From IMG/VR virus record IMGVR_UViG_2588253764_000003: a DNA stretch of 64,000 bases. One strand, 5' to 3'. The position numbers and the translations under genes are program-made. Shown here one piece after another: positions 30,886-41,412 of this stretch; positions within the stretch are counted from its first letter, which is position 1, and the number at the start of each line of letters is the position of its first letter. This DNA is from a virus (lineage: Duplodnaviria > Caudoviricetes). Under the pieces are notes generated by a model. That model ran no database searches and was not told the DNA's origin. It was given only the letters and a program-made list of their open reading frames with translations.

Positions 30886-31775
30886 TGATGGCTGTTAAAA
30901 AGAAATATGAACTAACAGATGAAACAATTGAAGTTAATGGACGTACTTTACACCGTATCCGCGCCTTAAGAGACTTTGGTGATGTAAAAGAAGGTGACCT
31001 TGGTGGTTTTATTGAAAAGGAAGGCAATCTATCCCATGATGGTAATTGCTGGGTTGATGGAGATGCCAAGGTTTTTGATGATGCTTGTATTTTTGGCAAT
31101 GCCCATGTTAATGGTTTTTCTCATGTTTTTGACAAAGCGCGTGTTTATGGCAATGCCCATGTTCTTTTAGCAGCTGCGATTTATGGCAATGCCAAGGTTT
31201 ATGGTAATGCTATGGTTTTTAGCAATGCCTATGTTTATGGTGATGCACGTGTTTACGATAATGCTCAAGTTTTCGCTCATACCCATGTTTATGGCAATTC
31301 CCATGTTTGTGGTTTTGCCAAGGTTTGTGGTTTTGCCAAGGTGTTTGGTCATGCCGAGGTTTCTGGTAATGCCAAAATTTATGGAAATGCAAAAGTTTGT
31401 GGTAATGAAGATTTTCGCGATAACGACGAAGTTTACATGCGTAAACACGTTTCACAGAGCACAAATGAAGCGCATAAGAATGATGACGGCAAGGCGCGTT
31501 TAGAGCTTGTACCGCCGTTGGCACTGCTTGAAATCGGTAAAGTATTAGATTTTGGAGCCAATAAATACGGCGCAAACAATTGGCGTCATGGCATGGATTG
31601 GAGCCGTTTTCACGGTGCAGCTTTGCGTCATTTATTAGCATGGTTTGGTGGAGAAAGTAAGGATGCTGAGAGTGATTTATCACACTTGGCACATGCGGTT
31701 TGTTGCCTTCTTTTCTTAATGGAATGCGAAGCAAAACAGATTGGTCGTGATGACCGGTTTAAAGAAGAAAAGTAA
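30886..31775 (+). CDS. YdcK-like repeat protein fused to dATP/dGTP diphosphohydrolase-like (DUF5664) domain
   Basis: Head plus repeats, then K.D.GK....L.P....V..FGA.KY...NW..G......A..RHL..W..GE..D.ES.L.HLAHA. Confidence 0.8.
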
Positions 31776-31789
31776 GTGAGGAGAGAGAG

Positions 31790-32005
31790 ATGGGCTTAAT
31801 TGCGCTTATTATATCTTGTATTGCTAATTGGTGTTCATTTTATGCGGTTTATCGCGCTTTTAAAGCCACAAAAAGGCTTAGACAAGAGATAGATGAACAA
31901 GATGAAATAATAAAAGAGCAAGAAAATCTCATTAAAAAATTATCTCGTTCTAACGTTTCTTATTGTGTGAATTGCAGTAAAATTATGTGCAAAGAAGCCG
32001 TTTAA
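31790..32005 (+). CDS. Small membrane-anchored phage protein
   Basis: N-terminal hydrophobic helix, coiled coil, CxxC; GAGGAG RBS. Confidence 0.55.
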   Translation: MGLIALIISCIANWCSFYAVYRAFKATKRLRQEIDEQDEIIKEQENLIKKLSRSNVSYCVNCSKIMCKEAV

Positions 32006-32048
32006 AGCACCATTCTAAGAAAAAACAATCATTAAATACAGGTTTTAG

Positions 32049-32525
32049 ATGATTAACACGCTTCTTTGTTTTGATCTAGGCACGAAGACGGGGTGGGCGA
32101 TACGTGGAGGGGACGATAGTATCATAAGTGGTACGATGAGTTTCCAACCCCGTCGTTTTGAAGGCGGCGGAATGCGTTATTTACGCTTTAAGCAATGGCT
32201 TACAGAAATAAAGCATACAGCCGGTGGCATTGACGCGGTGTATTTTGAAGAGGTGAGGCGTCATGTTGGAACTGATGCAGCGCATGTTTACGGTGGTTTG
32301 TTAGCAACATTAACGGCGTGGTGTGAACATCATCAGATACCGTATGAGGGGATACCAGTTAGCACGATTAAGAAAGCGACGACGGGTAAGGGGAATGCGT
32401 CGAAAGAAGAGATGATAGAGGCAATGTGTATTAAAGGACACAAGCCATGTGATGATAATGAAGCAGATGCTTTAGCGATTTTACATTTAGTTAAAGAGAG
32501 GGAGATCTCAAATGATGTCCAGTAA
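32049..32525 (+). CDS. RuvC-like Holliday junction resolvase (phage)
   Basis: Close paralog of 17079..17555. Confidence 0.8.
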   Translation: MINTLLCFDLGTKTGWAIRGGDDSIISGTMSFQPRRFEGGGMRYLRFKQWLTEIKHTAGGIDAVYFEEVRRHVGTDAAHVYGGLLATLTAWCEHHQIPYEGIPVSTIKKATTGKGNASKEEMIEAMCIKGHKPCDDNEADALAILHLVKEREISNDVQ

Positions 32526-32889
32526 TAGTAATAAAGTGTCGTTTGTAAAATTTAGTACAGATCATTTTTTAAAGGATCTTATGGGCTTAAAAGCGACCGA
32601 GAAGGCTGTTTATACAACACTTGTGTTGCTAATGAATGATAGGAAAGCGCCTCTTGTAAATAATGCGTCTTATTTATCGAGTTGGTGTGGGTGTTCAATA
32701 AGAACGTTTCAAAAGACATTAGAGACTTTAATAAGCACGGATCATATCACGCGTTTAGAGAATGGTCGCTTATGGCATAAGTCACTAGCCTTTGATTTTG
32801 AGACAATAGATAAAGCTTCAAAAAACGCTTCGAAAGCAGCTTTAGCAAGGTGGAGTAAGAAAAGAGAGGAGGCAATACATGTCAACTAA
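32512..32889 (+). CDS. YdaU/DUF1376-like protein
   Basis: Positional and sequence counterpart of 16739..17086. Confidence 0.65.
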   Translation: MMSSNSNKVSFVKFSTDHFLKDLMGLKATEKAVYTTLVLLMNDRKAPLVNNASYLSSWCGCSIRTFQKTLETLISTDHITRLENGRLWHKSLAFDFETIDKASKNASKAALARWSKKREEAIHVN

Positions 32890-33967
32890 GTTGCCATGGA
32901 CGAGGCTTTTTGCAGACAAGTGGCTACTTGATCTTGCACATTTGCCTTCTTTTGAAGGTTTTATCTATGTGAAGTTGCGATTTCAGATGCTTCGCACTGG
33001 TGAACCGCTTACGAATAATTTTCGAGTGTTATCTTTATTGGCTGGGTGTTCAATTAAAAGATTTCAGAAAGCATTAGATCTTTTATTGGAAACTGGACAT
33101 ATCATTTGTTTAGAAGATGGTCGCTTATGGAATCCAGATGTTGAATTAGAATTAAATGATAGCAAAGAAAAATCAGAAGCGGCATCAAAAGCAGCTCATT
33201 CTAGATGGCATAAAACAAAAGGTAAAAATGACAATAATCATGTAAATGAAACCGCCTATGCGGATTGTATGCAGACCGCATGCGTTTCGCAATGCGACCG
33301 CAATGCCATTAACAATAACATTAACATATATAATAAAAAAAATAAAACTATCGTTTTATCAAAAAAAGAAACTGAATTTGAAGATTTAGAAACAACCGAT
33401 TTGGTTTACGAACCAATCGAGTGTGATGATGTTGATAGCCAATCAGAGCTAATCGAAACGATAGAAACAAACCAACCACCCATTCACGAGCAAGAAAGCG
33501 TTCCTAAGAAAGCAAAACGAGCGAAAGCTAATCGAGAGTGTCGATTGCCTGCTGATTTCGAACCTAATTTGCAATACGCAATCGATCAAGGGTTAACGCA
33601 TGAGGAAGCGTTATTAGAGTTCGAAAGATTTAAACTTCATTGGCAAGATAATCCAAATCGAAATGCTAAAAAAAGTGATTGGCAAAAGGCTTGGTACAAG
33701 TGGATTACACATCCAGAATATGGACTTTTAGCCAAGAAAAAGGAAAAGTTAGAAAGGGAAAAACAATATGCAAAACAACGCATTGAAAAAACAGAACAGC
33801 AGCGTGGATGGAGTTATCGCGTTGCACAGCACATGTCCAATATTAAAAATTCAGACAGTGTGTACAAATTTTTATTCGAGGATGATAACCGAACCACCAT
33901 TCCATTGGAAAACGGGGCAAAAGCCACTGATTGCAGAAGCGGAGAGGGTTACTTCACTAGTCCATGA
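32879..33967 (+). CDS. Phage replication initiator
   Basis: Paralog of 15646..16749; different GCAATGCG/GCATGCG iteron segment at ~33254-33307. Confidence 0.75.
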   Translation: MSTKLPWTRLFADKWLLDLAHLPSFEGFIYVKLRFQMLRTGEPLTNNFRVLSLLAGCSIKRFQKALDLLLETGHIICLEDGRLWNPDVELELNDSKEKSEAASKAAHSRWHKTKGKNDNNHVNETAYADCMQTACVSQCDRNAINNNINIYNKKNKTIVLSKKETEFEDLETTDLVYEPIECDDVDSQSELIETIETNQPPIHEQESVPKKAKRAKANRECRLPADFEPNLQYAIDQGLTHEEALLEFERFKLHWQDNPNRNAKKSDWQKAWYKWITHPEYGLLAKKKEKLEREKQYAKQRIEKTEQQRGWSYRVAQHMSNIKNSDSVYKFLFEDDNRTTIPLENGAKATDCRSGEGYFTSP

Positions 33968-34379
33968 TGCGTTGCAAAAGCTTGAGAAAAAAGCAACCGA
34001 AGAAGAAATTCAAACAACGTATCTTGTCCTTTCAAACGGACTTAAGAGCCCCATGGGATCAGATGAGAAAGCGACAGCACTTGCGTATCTCTACACTCTT
34101 GAAGGCATAAGCAGCTGGGTATTGCAAGCAGCAACCAAGAACGCTTTGAAAGGCAAAGCAGAGGGTTTAAACGCAACCTTTATGCCATCAACAGCAGATT
34201 TTTATCGCTATTGTGAAAAACTTGAAAGCGATATTCGCTACCAAGCCAATCGCATTCTTAAGAGCCTTGAAAAGCCAGAGATAAATGCAACGGATCAAAA
34301 GCCACCGGTATCATCAGAGCGCATTGAAAAGCTTCAAAGAGAGCTTGAAGAGGTTTTAAAAGGAATTGAAGATGAATAG
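33768..34379 (+). CDS. Replication-associated phage protein
   Basis: Paralog of 15234..15872. Confidence 0.6.
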   Translation: MQNNALKKQNSSVDGVIALHSTCPILKIQTVCTNFYSRMITEPPFHWKTGQKPLIAEAERVTSLVHDALQKLEKKATEEEIQTTYLVLSNGLKSPMGSDEKATALAYLYTLEGISSWVLQAATKNALKGKAEGLNATFMPSTADFYRYCEKLESDIRYQANRILKSLEKPEINATDQKPPVSSERIEKLQRELEEVLKGIEDE

Positions 34380-34542
34380 CAAAATAGTGAAGTTTGGTAT
34401 TCATATTGGATTAGATATGCGTTTAAATCGATAAAAAGGTACTGTACAGAGCGATTTTAAGATTTTATGATAGAAACCACATTGAAATTAAAAACGCTTC
34501 TGTACAGCCCATTTCGAGGTAAATAAATCCATTGGTAAAGTT

Positions 34543-34962
34543 ATGGATTTAAGCAAGGGGATATTAAACCAGATGTTTTTAAAAAAACGTAAACAGCCTA
34601 TTCAAAAGAAATTTGTTGCAACAGCGGTTGGATATGCACCATGGGGATTAGGGGTGGCAGAGTATTTTTACAACTTGTATGAATACGAAGATGGATCAAG
34701 AGAATACGAGGAATTCGATGGTGGGCAGTATCAAGAGATGCCTAACAAAGTTGATTACAGTACCAAAGCGCAAGTGAAAGCATGGATATACGGAGGTGAT
34801 TTACCAAAAAGCGTTTTGAGTTGTGAGGCATTGATAGATGAGGTGAATGCGAAAATTAAAAAACGTACAGTGAAATCAGTGAGAACTTATGATGATATAG
34901 ACAGTGAACTAGAAAAAGCACTTGGCATTCAATTAGGTATTTATCAAAATGAAAAAAAGTGA
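34543..34962 (+). CDS. Hypothetical phage protein
   Basis: Paralog of 14695..15111. Confidence 0.7.
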   Translation: MDLSKGILNQMFLKKRKQPIQKKFVATAVGYAPWGLGVAEYFYNLYEYEDGSREYEEFDGGQYQEMPNKVDYSTKAQVKAWIYGGDLPKSVLSCEALIDEVNAKIKKRTVKSVRTYDDIDSELEKALGIQLGIYQNEKK

Positions 34963-35121
34963 AAAAAATAAAAAATACGTATTGACTTTAAAGAAAAGGT
35001 CGTTTATTAAGGTCGGCAAGTGCTGAAAACACTTAACGTTAAGCGGTTAAACCACGTAAGGTTTCTCCCATTTCTTAAAATACTGGCTTTCTTTTATGCT
35101 ATCATTGGCATATAACGATTA

Positions 35122-35204
35122 TGTCGGGTGTAGTCGCACCATACAATACTCTTTATGAGAAAAGTGTGACGACGGACTTAACGCCGTGTTTTCAACGCCC
35201 GGCG
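35122..35204 (+). ncRNA. C4-like antisense RNA (copy 3) upstream of rha
   Basis: CUUAACG and GUUUUCA complementary to CGTTAAG and TGAAAAC at 35024-35043 and 35222-35243; TTGACT -35 at 34982. Confidence 0.7.
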
Positions 35205-35255
35205 CCCTTATAGGGTGTCAATTGAAAACTTCATTACGTTAAGAAAGAATTTCAA

Positions 35256-35771
35256 ATGAACAATTTAGTAACAATCAATAATGGTATTGCTGTCACAACT
35301 TCTTTTAAAATTGCTGAGGGAGTGGGTAATACGCATAAAACAGTTATACAGTTGGTTCGTAAAAATATTAAAGATTTTGAAGAATTTGGAAGGGTCGCAT
35401 TTGAAATGCTACCCTTTAAAACGAAGGGTGGAAAACAAAAAAGAGAAGTTGCTATTCTTAATGAATCGCAAGCAACTTTACTTATGACATATATGCGCAA
35501 TAATGACACGGTGCGTGCATTTAAAAAGGCGCTTGTCAAAGCTTTCTATGAATTAAAAAGCCAATCAACAGCTCGTGATTTATTTTCTACGGAGCATGAT
35601 TTGTTTTCTTATGAAAGTTTAAAGGCTCCTGAGGGAATTGGTAAAGTTTTGGGAATGATTGCAGCGCGTTTATCGTATGTAAATGATTTACAAAAAGAGC
35701 TTGATCATTACAAATTGGTTACAACAGAAGCCAAGCGTGTTTTAACAAACGCTGTTGCAAAAGCAGCATAA
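35256..35771 (+). CDS. rha: Rha family phage regulatory protein
   Basis: TTS..IAEG....HK.V.QL.R....DFEEFG.V.FE...LNE.QATLL.TY.RN...VR.FK..LVKAF. Confidence 0.88.
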   Translation: MNNLVTINNGIAVTTSFKIAEGVGNTHKTVIQLVRKNIKDFEEFGRVAFEMLPFKTKGGKQKREVAILNESQATLLMTYMRNNDTVRAFKKALVKAFYELKSQSTARDLFSTEHDLFSYESLKAPEGIGKVLGMIAARLSYVNDLQKELDHYKLVTTEAKRVLTNAVAKAA

Positions 35772-35851
35772 AAAAACAGCGGCGGTGCGGGGGCGCCTTC
35801 TTTAAACCTCTTATTAAAAATTTATTCAAATGTTAGATTAGGGAGCTACCT

Positions 35852-36511
35852 ATGACCACTAAAAATGTATCCAAAAAATATGAACTCACAGATGAAAGCA
35901 TAAAAGGCAATGATAAAGAACTTAAAAGGACTATAACGCTTTATCGCATACGTGCTTTAAGAGATTTTGCTGATGTCAAGGCTGGGGATCTCGGGGGCTT
36001 TATCGAAAAGGAAAAAAACTTAAGTCATGATGGCAATTGCTGGGTCTATGATGATGCCATGGTCGCTACAGATTCTGTAGTTTCTGACAATGCGCAAGTG
36101 CGCAATAATGCACGTGTTTTCAGAAGTGCAAAAGTATCTGATAATGCTGTTATTCTGGATAATGCATTGGTTTTTCATAATGCTAGGGTTTTTGAAAATG
36201 CAAAAATTTGTGATAACGCCATGGTCAATGGCACTGTTAGTGGCAATGCTGTTGTTTGTAATAATGCAAAGCTCTTTTTTATCGCTTTTGTTTCTGATAA
36301 TGCACAAATTTATGATGATGCTTGTGTGAATGGTGAGGTTTTTGGCAATGCACGTATTTATGGCAATGCAACGGTTTATAGAAAGCCTCGTACTGATGGG
36401 TGGGTTGATCATACATATGTAAACATTTATGGCAATGCCGTTATTAATGGCAATCAAAAAATTTGTGATGATACTGATGGTAGTGAACAAATTTTAGATA
36501 AAACAGCATAA
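35852..36511 (+). CDS. YdcK-like hexapeptide-repeat protein
   Basis: Conserved head plus repeats. Confidence 0.8.
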   Translation: MTTKNVSKKYELTDESIKGNDKELKRTITLYRIRALRDFADVKAGDLGGFIEKEKNLSHDGNCWVYDDAMVATDSVVSDNAQVRNNARVFRSAKVSDNAVILDNALVFHNARVFENAKICDNAMVNGTVSGNAVVCNNAKLFFIAFVSDNAQIYDDACVNGEVFGNARIYGNATVYRKPRTDGWVDHTYVNIYGNAVINGNQKICDDTDGSEQILDKTA

Positions 36512-36545
36512 ATAACGGGGCGGGGGGCTTCTTTATAGCAAAAAA

Positions 36546-37103
36546 GAAAGCCGTGTCCTTTAAAGACGCGGCTTTTGTTTTCACAGGAAATATATACATC
36601 ACACTAAATACATATTACACAAAACGTGTAAAAACACAAGCCTTAATATATAAAAACCGTATCAAAATGAATTGATACGGCTTTTATTTTCAAAACATCT
36701 CATTAGTAAGGAATTTGCTATAAACAAACTAACTAATAAATCACATATTTTGTGTATAAACGCAAGTTTATTTTTTCTCAATTTGCATCTTAAAATAGAT
36801 CATGTTACCATTCATTTGCAACGTTATTATAACGTTGCATGTTAACCGTTCCTTAGGTTAAAAAACTTTTTAAGAATCGCTACAAAACAAAGCCGTGTCA
36901 ATTAATTTGACGCGGTTTTTTTGTGTCTTAACGCTTGTAATTTTCCACATAATATACTACATATTGTATGACCTGAGAAATTGAAAAGTCGTGAAAGCCT
37001 TGTTATGTGTTTACGTAACGGGGCTTTCTTTTATGCTGGGGTTTGGTTTTCTTTATTCCATTTAAATGCATTAAAGCCGTGCCAATTTCTTGACACGGCT
37101 TCT
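36546..37103. terminator. Four related terminator-like hairpins (AAAGCCGTGTC...GACGCGGCTTT family)
   Basis: Copies at ~36547, ~36653, ~36889, ~37073; further copies at ~38947 and ~56673. Confidence 0.6.
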
Positions 37104-37292
37104 GTTTTACAATGCATGAATGTTGTTTTGTTATTCGAAAGTATACGAACATTCCTTTTATTACACAAAACGTATCAAAATGCAATATCAAAACAGCTTT
37201 TAAAACTTAATCTTTTATGTGAAAATATCTTTTTTATCAATTGAAAACATTGTAAAAACACATAAAGTATGTTATGATCTTTATATCATTTA

Positions 37293-37525
37293 ATGGAACT
37301 TACAAATATGCTTAATAAAGTGATTTTAATTGGTCATTTAGGTGCAAATCCAGAAAGCAAAACAATGTCATCTGGCGCCGAGGTGGTCAATTTTCGTATA
37401 GCAACATCCGAAAGCTATACAGATAAGGCTACCAATAAGAAAATAGACAAAACAGAATGGCATTCCATTGTGGTGTTTAATCCACATCTTGCAAAAATAG
37501 CGCTTCAATATCTCAATAAAGGCAG
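37293..37525 (+). pseudogene. ssb: ssb 5' half, interrupted by island
   Basis: Matches 12508..12969 up to LQYLNKG then diverges. Confidence 0.9.
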
Positions 37526-39041
37526 ATTCGATATAATATCAAAAAATACAATGAAGTCAATAGCTTGTTTGTAATTATTTTATATGAATCCACTTAAGAA
37601 TCCATCTTTTTATGCATGATTCATTTGACTATTTTTTATATAAGATTGCCATGTATGAATAGATCATAAAAAGCAAATCATGATGCAAATATTATAACGC
37701 ATATAAACGTTCAAATGAAATGAAAAGCAGTTATCACTCATAACAGTTTATAAATCTTATGATACGTTTTTATCACAGCACAAATCACATTGTTTAAAAT
37801 TTAGTCGTTTAGAATTGTCGATAACACACGTTTAAAGATTATATCTTATTTTAAAGATTGGATTGTTAATCACATAAAAGAGTAAATTAACGTTCGCCAA
37901 AATTGGCGAGCGCAAAATAGAGAGTTGTTATAACAGCATCGTCATAACACCGAACATTTTAAAGATTGCATAATTGCATAAAGGATTTAAAGACACGATT
38001 GATTTTATAACCACGGTATTTTTTTACCGGGGTAGAAATAAAGGTAATGAAAATCACAATGTTATATCTTATGAAATGAAAAGCCTTTTAATGAATATAG
38101 TGCATAGCTAGTTTTGAAGAACGGAACTGTTCGCTTCCATAAAAAAATGGAGGCGCATAATGCCATAGAAGTAGAATACTATATACCTTAGACATGGTAT
38201 AAAAAACGTTTTAAAAGTTATCGTTTTAAAATATGAAACCAAATGAGATCTCCTCAAATTTGAGGGCATCTATTTTAGACAAAGATAAGCAAGTAAAATT
38301 CAAAACCGTTGTAACATCATAAGGCATAGGATTTACTTAATTTTGCTAGCCAAATAGAGCGATTAATTTGCAAAGAAGCTTTGTTTAAAATACGCTTATT
38401 ATGAAAGCCTTTCTAAATGAATGTTTAAACGTTTGAAACTAATGTTTATAATAATTTTTAAAACCTTCCATTTGATAAAAGCGGTTGTTGATTTATTTTA
38501 TGAGAGCTTGTTTTAAAAACCAGCGTTTGCAAATGTAAAAAGAACGTTTTTATAAGACATTCATTTAAGATGCATTTTCTTTTGATTGAATTGATAAAGC
38601 TACCAAACGTTTTAATATGTTTTGATTTTAGAAAATGCGTTATTTGAAATTCACTCAGCTCGATTTTGAGCTTAGTATATTGAAACGTTTTAAAAGAAGC
38701 ATTGTGATCATGGGCTTTGTTTTAAAAGCCCCCCTCACAAAGGAGGGTGTTATGATTGATACGTTTGAGATTAACAAAAAGCGTTTATAGGCTCTCTCAT
38801 TCAAAAGAGTGATTAAAGATCATACGCATCATTTACATTCCTTTTGATAAGTTTTCATATCTTGAATAGAGCGCTTGTAATATAATACGTTTTGTATATA
38901 TGAATTCATTACTCCATTTGGAATGATTCATAAGGGTAGACATTTGAAAGCCGCGTCATATCATTTGGCACGGCTTTCTTTTTGAATTCTCTCTTTTATG
39001 ATGGGTTTATAACCATCAAGAAGGCACCCCCATACCTATTT

Positions 39042-39821
39042 CTATTCTGTTTTATCAATAATCTTAACGACATTATCGCTTTGATAAACCTCACAATTTT
39101 TGGGAACTAACTTTGCTTTGCTTTTTGTATTGATTGTTGCATTGCCATAAGCACGCCCCCAGATCGTTGCACAATGTAAGATTTTTGCATTGCCATAGAC
39201 GGAGCCATAAACCTCACAAGAGCCCCCCACGCGCGCATTGCCATAGACCTTGCCATAAATCTTTGCACGACCATTAATCACAGCATAATTATAAATTTTG
39301 GCATGGCTATAAATGCAAGCAGAGCCACAAACCCTAGCATGACCATAGACGCGGGCATAACTAAAAACCGTAGCATCATAAGAAATATGCGCATGGTCAT
39401 AAATATGAGCATCAGCAAGAACGCGGGCAGCACCACTCACATGAGCATTGCCATAAACATTGCCATACACATGAGCACTCCCATAAACACAAGCCTGATC
39501 ATAAATCTTTGCATATTGAGAGATAAAAGCCTTGCTATAGACCTCGGCATTGCCATAAACTAGACCACAGACTTGCGAATAATGCCGTATTTTTGCATCA
39601 TCATAAACACGGGCATGACCATAGATACAAGCATCATCATAGACCCAGCAGTTACCATCATGGGATAGGTTAACTTCCTTTTCGATAAAACCACCTAAAG
39701 CACCCGCTTTTATATCATCAAAATCTCTTAAAGCCCGAATGCGATAAAGGCTTGTAATATTTCGCGTAAGAGCATGTTTGATTTTTTTGATTTCGCTGGT
39801 TAATTCGTATTTTTTGCACAT
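39042..39821 (-). CDS. YdcK-like hexapeptide-repeat protein (array 1, gene 4)
   Basis: Near-identical to 56769..57548. Confidence 0.85.
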   Translation of the reverse strand: MCKKYELTSEIKKIKHALTRNITSLYRIRALRDFDDIKAGALGGFIEKEVNLSHDGNCWVYDDACIYGHARVYDDAKIRHYSQVCGLVYGNAEVYSKAFISQYAKIYDQACVYGSAHVYGNVYGNAHVSGAARVLADAHIYDHAHISYDATVFSYARVYGHARVCGSACIYSHAKIYNYAVINGRAKIYGKVYGNARVGGSCEVYGSVYGNAKILHCATIWGRAYGNATINTKSKAKLVPKNCEVYQSDNVVKIIDKTE

Positions 39822-39889
39822 AGGAGTACCCTCACAATCTAATGTGATAAACGTTTTCTAAAATTTGAAATGGAAAATTGGATTGGAAA

Positions 39890-39912
39890 GCAGGCGCCCC
39901 CACAACGCCCGC
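39890..39912 (-). repeat. GC hairpin inter-cassette repeat (variant)
   Basis: GCGGGCGTTGTGGGGGCGCCTGC; stem retained. Confidence 0.65.
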
Positions 39913-39926
39913 CGCTGCTTTATTGA

Positions 39927-40505
39927 TTAAACCCAGACAATTTCTAACTCGCCATAAGGAGAGAGACGTTCAGTATAGGTTTTTATTTTAGTAGAGCCGC
40001 CGACATTTTCACGAATAACAGCAATGCCATGGATATGAGCATTTTCATAAATATGCACGTCATTTGCTATACGCGCGTTTTCATAAACCCTAGCATTGTC
40101 ATAAATATAGGCATTATCATAGATAATAGCCTTGCCATACACATGAGCATTGCCATAAACACGGGAATTATCAGAAACAACAGCATTGCCATAAACATGC
40201 GCATTATCATAAATATAGCCAGCAGCGATAGCATTATCATAAACGCGGGCATGACCATAGATATGACCACAAGCGACAGCCTTGCCAAAAACCCTTGCGT
40301 TTTCATAAACGTGACCATTTTTAAACACAAGAGCATCATCATAAACCCAGCAATTGCCATCATGAGAGAGGTTATCTTCCTTTTCGATAAAGCCCCCCAA
40401 GGCACCAGCTTTAACATAAGAAAAGTCTTTTAATGCTTGGATACGATAAAGGGTATGATTACCAAATACACGCGTTTCATTTGTGAGTGCAAACTTTTTT
40501 TGCAT
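39927..40505 (-). CDS. YdcK-like hexapeptide-repeat protein (array 1, gene 3)
   Basis: Near-identical to 57662..58240. Confidence 0.85.
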   Translation of the reverse strand: MQKKFALTNETRVFGNHTLYRIQALKDFSYVKAGALGGFIEKEDNLSHDGNCWVYDDALVFKNGHVYENARVFGKAVACGHIYGHARVYDNAIAAGYIYDNAHVYGNAVVSDNSRVYGNAHVYGKAIIYDNAYIYDNARVYENARIANDVHIYENAHIHGIAVIRENVGGSTKIKTYTERLSPYGELEIVWV

Positions 40506-40557
40506 AACACTATTCCTTTATAAAGAAGATTAAATTTTAAAATGAAATGTTTAAAGA

Positions 40558-40579
40558 GGGGCGCCCCCGCCGCGCCCGC
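40558..40579 (-). repeat. GC hairpin inter-cassette repeat
   Basis: GCGGGCGCGGCGGGGGCGCCCC just after a stop codon. Confidence 0.8.
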
Positions 40580-40586
40580 ACGTTAT

Positions 40587-41360
40587 TTACGCAGCGTCTT
40601 TTCTAGACTGATTATCATCACAAATATCATTCGTAATTTTTTCACGGCTATTAACCACGGCATTACCATAGATTTGTACATCATGATCAATATTGGATTT
40701 ACCATAGACCTTTGCATTTTCATAAATTCTTGCAAAGGACCCCACCCGAGCCGAGCCAGAAACCTTTGCATCATCAAAAATACTTGCAAAACTCTTAATC
40801 CAAGCATTACAAAAGACATGGGCATTGCCATAAATACACGCCCCCCCATAAATGCGTGATTTACCATAAACATGGGAATTCCCATAAACAAAGCCACTCA
40901 CATGAGCATTTTCATATACACGGGCATTATCATAAATATGTGCACTAGGAGAAACATTAGCATTATCACAAACCATGGCATTGCCATAAACTAGACCACA
41001 GATCCTAGCATTGTTACTAATTTTTGCATTGTCATAAATGCTAGCATCATGACCGAATACCCATGCCTTATCACAAACCACAGCATTCCCATAAACTTTA
41101 GCTTCCCTAGCAATAATGGCATCATGATGTATTTTTGCATTTTCAGAAACGACGGCATTGCAAAAAACGGTAGCATTATCGTAAACCCAGCAATTCCCAT
41201 CATGAGAGAGATTGCTTTCATTTTCAATAAAACCACCTAATGCCCCCGCCTTAACATCATCAAAATCTCTTAAAGCACGAATGCGGTGTACAGTAATCCC
41301 TTCAAAAGTATGATTTTCATTAGTCAATTCATATTTTTTAGATACAGTTATAGTGGACAT
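40587..41360 (-). CDS. YdcK-like hexapeptide-repeat protein (array 1, gene 2)
   Basis: Head plus many hexapeptides; ends DAA. Confidence 0.85.
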   Translation of the reverse strand: MSTITVSKKYELTNENHTFEGITVHRIRALRDFDDVKAGALGGFIENESNLSHDGNCWVYDNATVFCNAVVSENAKIHHDAIIAREAKVYGNAVVCDKAWVFGHDASIYDNAKISNNARICGLVYGNAMVCDNANVSPSAHIYDNARVYENAHVSGFVYGNSHVYGKSRIYGGACIYGNAHVFCNAWIKSFASIFDDAKVSGSARVGSFARIYENAKVYGKSNIDHDVQIYGNAVVNSREKITNDICDDNQSRKDAA

Positions 41361-41412
41361 AGGTAACTCCCTAAGTTTATATTTGATAAATTTTAGAATG
41401 AGTTGTTTAAAA

